A stretch of 64,000 nucleotides of DNA from Epithemia pelagica (lineage: Eukaryota; Protista; Bacillariophyta): assembly GCA_946965045.2 (NCBI GenBank), contig OX337232.1:3534001-3598000 (forward strand), given 5' to 3'. This document shows, one piece after another, positions 62,811-64,000 of this stretch. The notes under the pieces were generated by a model, which searched no databases, was not told the origin of the DNA, and worked only from the letters and a program-made list of their open reading frames with translations. A program made the position numbers and the translations under genes. How positions within the stretch are numbered: position 1 is the stretch's first letter; the number at the start of each line of letters is the position of its first letter.

Positions 62811-64000
62811 CTACGCGACATGGCCAGCATGGGCATCTACTTCGTCATCGTCCACGTCGTCATCTGGATCATGCATACAGAGGGCCACTGCCTCGTCTTC
62901 GTCTTCTTCCTCTTGTTCATGGTGTCGTCGTTTTCTCCGTCGTCCCCAAAAGCAGGCCAAGATCAAATCACCCAAATCTCCCTGTCCGCCTTCCCATTCT
63001 CCATTGGCAGGAGGAATGGGCATGGTCCCACGATGAAATCGTTCCAAGTAGCCGCAATTTTGAAAGAGATTGGCCGCAAAGCGGGGCAACGAGTACACCT
63101 TGACGTATTGGGGATCGTTGTGAATGTCGGCATGCTGTGCGTGCGCCCAGGCACACAATCCACGCTCTTCGTCCGTACCGGGAATGGTATTGTCCATAAT
63201 CATGGAAGTAATCAGGGCAATCACCATGGGGCTACTCATCAACGCCAGGGCAATTTGACCAAAGGCCGTATCGAAAAACGGGCTTTTCTTGCTATCTTCA
63301 TCGGCCAAGGTGGTCGTAAAGTATCCGCCGGGTCCGGCAATGGACAAGCTGTAAAATATGGAAAAGCCAACAATGAACAGGTTACGGTGATTGTTCAGCG
63401 TAATGTACTGTAAATTGGACATTCCCACAGCTACTAGCACTGCCAATACAACACAAAACATGCCTCCAATAATGCCAGATGGCAGCGCTGCCATGGTGGC
63501 CGCGGCCTTGCCCAAAACACCCACCAAAATCAAAATAATGGAAGCCATTTGAACGACCACACGAGAGCCTACGCCTGTCAGGGCCATGACGCCAATATTT
63601 CCGGTCGACGACGTGGAACCTGACCCAGTGCCAAACATGCCCGTCATCATGACACCGAGACCTTCAGCCGCCAAGCCACGGCTAATAATACCGGGTGTGG
63701 GAGGAGGTGCACCGCAAATGCGTGCGCAGGAATAGTAATCTCCCACCGACTCAATCATACTCGCCATCATGGCTCCAAACATGGGAATCACGCCTGTTTC
63801 ATGGTTCCGAAAATCGAACACGTCAGATAAAAATGCAACAGAGAAGTGTCGACCTAGCTAACAGTACTTACCATACGATTCGAACCGCAATCCACCCCAC
63901 TGACCAGGATACGGGAGTCGGAAGAAGGGCATGTCTTCAATAATGTGGTTGGCGCCGTCTGTGCGACAAGCACTGCCTTCCTCCCAAACGTCATGAGCGG
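62811..64000 (-). CDS. Nucleobase-ascorbate transporter (NAT/NCS2, xanthine/uracil permease family), 5'-partial
   Basis: Exons 64000-63872 and 63793-62811 (intron 63871-63794, GTAAGT...ACAG). CRTD, PYPGQWG, SMIESVGDY, STSSTGNIG..LTGVGSRVV and NHRNLFIVGFS. Confidence 0.9.

Noticed and set aside
1-64000. tRNA, rRNA or snRNA genes
   Set aside because: No cloverleaf, rRNA or snRNA signature noticed by eye; tRNAscan-SE and Infernal would be needed to exclude them.

Overview
Eukaryotic genomic DNA with short spliceosomal introns, most likely a diatom or related photosynthetic stramenopile (inferred from a mitochondrial-type presequence on a phosphoglycerate mutase and a signal peptide + Phe plastid-type motif on a peptidase). 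About 1.9-51.4 kb is a rapidly rearranging array of about 16 intronless ankyrin-repeat genes and fragments. They fall into four subfamilies that I label A (minus strand), B (plus), C (minus) and D (plus). A, B and C share ankyrin repeats + coiled coil + a conserved, apparently unnamed C-terminal helical domain ending in an NLS-like KRARVS motif; D1 ends in a similar basic motif. Four copies have intact frames (D1, A2, A6, B3); the rest carry stops, frameshifts or internal deletions. Unrelated cargo sits inside the array: a deleted mitochondrial PGAM fused in frame to a Crinkler-like nuclease-kinase, an unknown spliced gene fused to an A-type tail, two proline-iminopeptidase-like copies, and a YbjN-domain gene. 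Three transposons have definable ends: a CRE-like non-LTR element (7-bp TSD), an intact two-gene PIF/Harbinger (TCA TSD), and a pogo-type deletion derivative carrying a second, HIRAN-like ORF. The right end has ordinary genes (PPR protein, membrane-anchored aspartic protease, nucleobase transporter). All homology calls come from motif recognition by eye; no searches were run.
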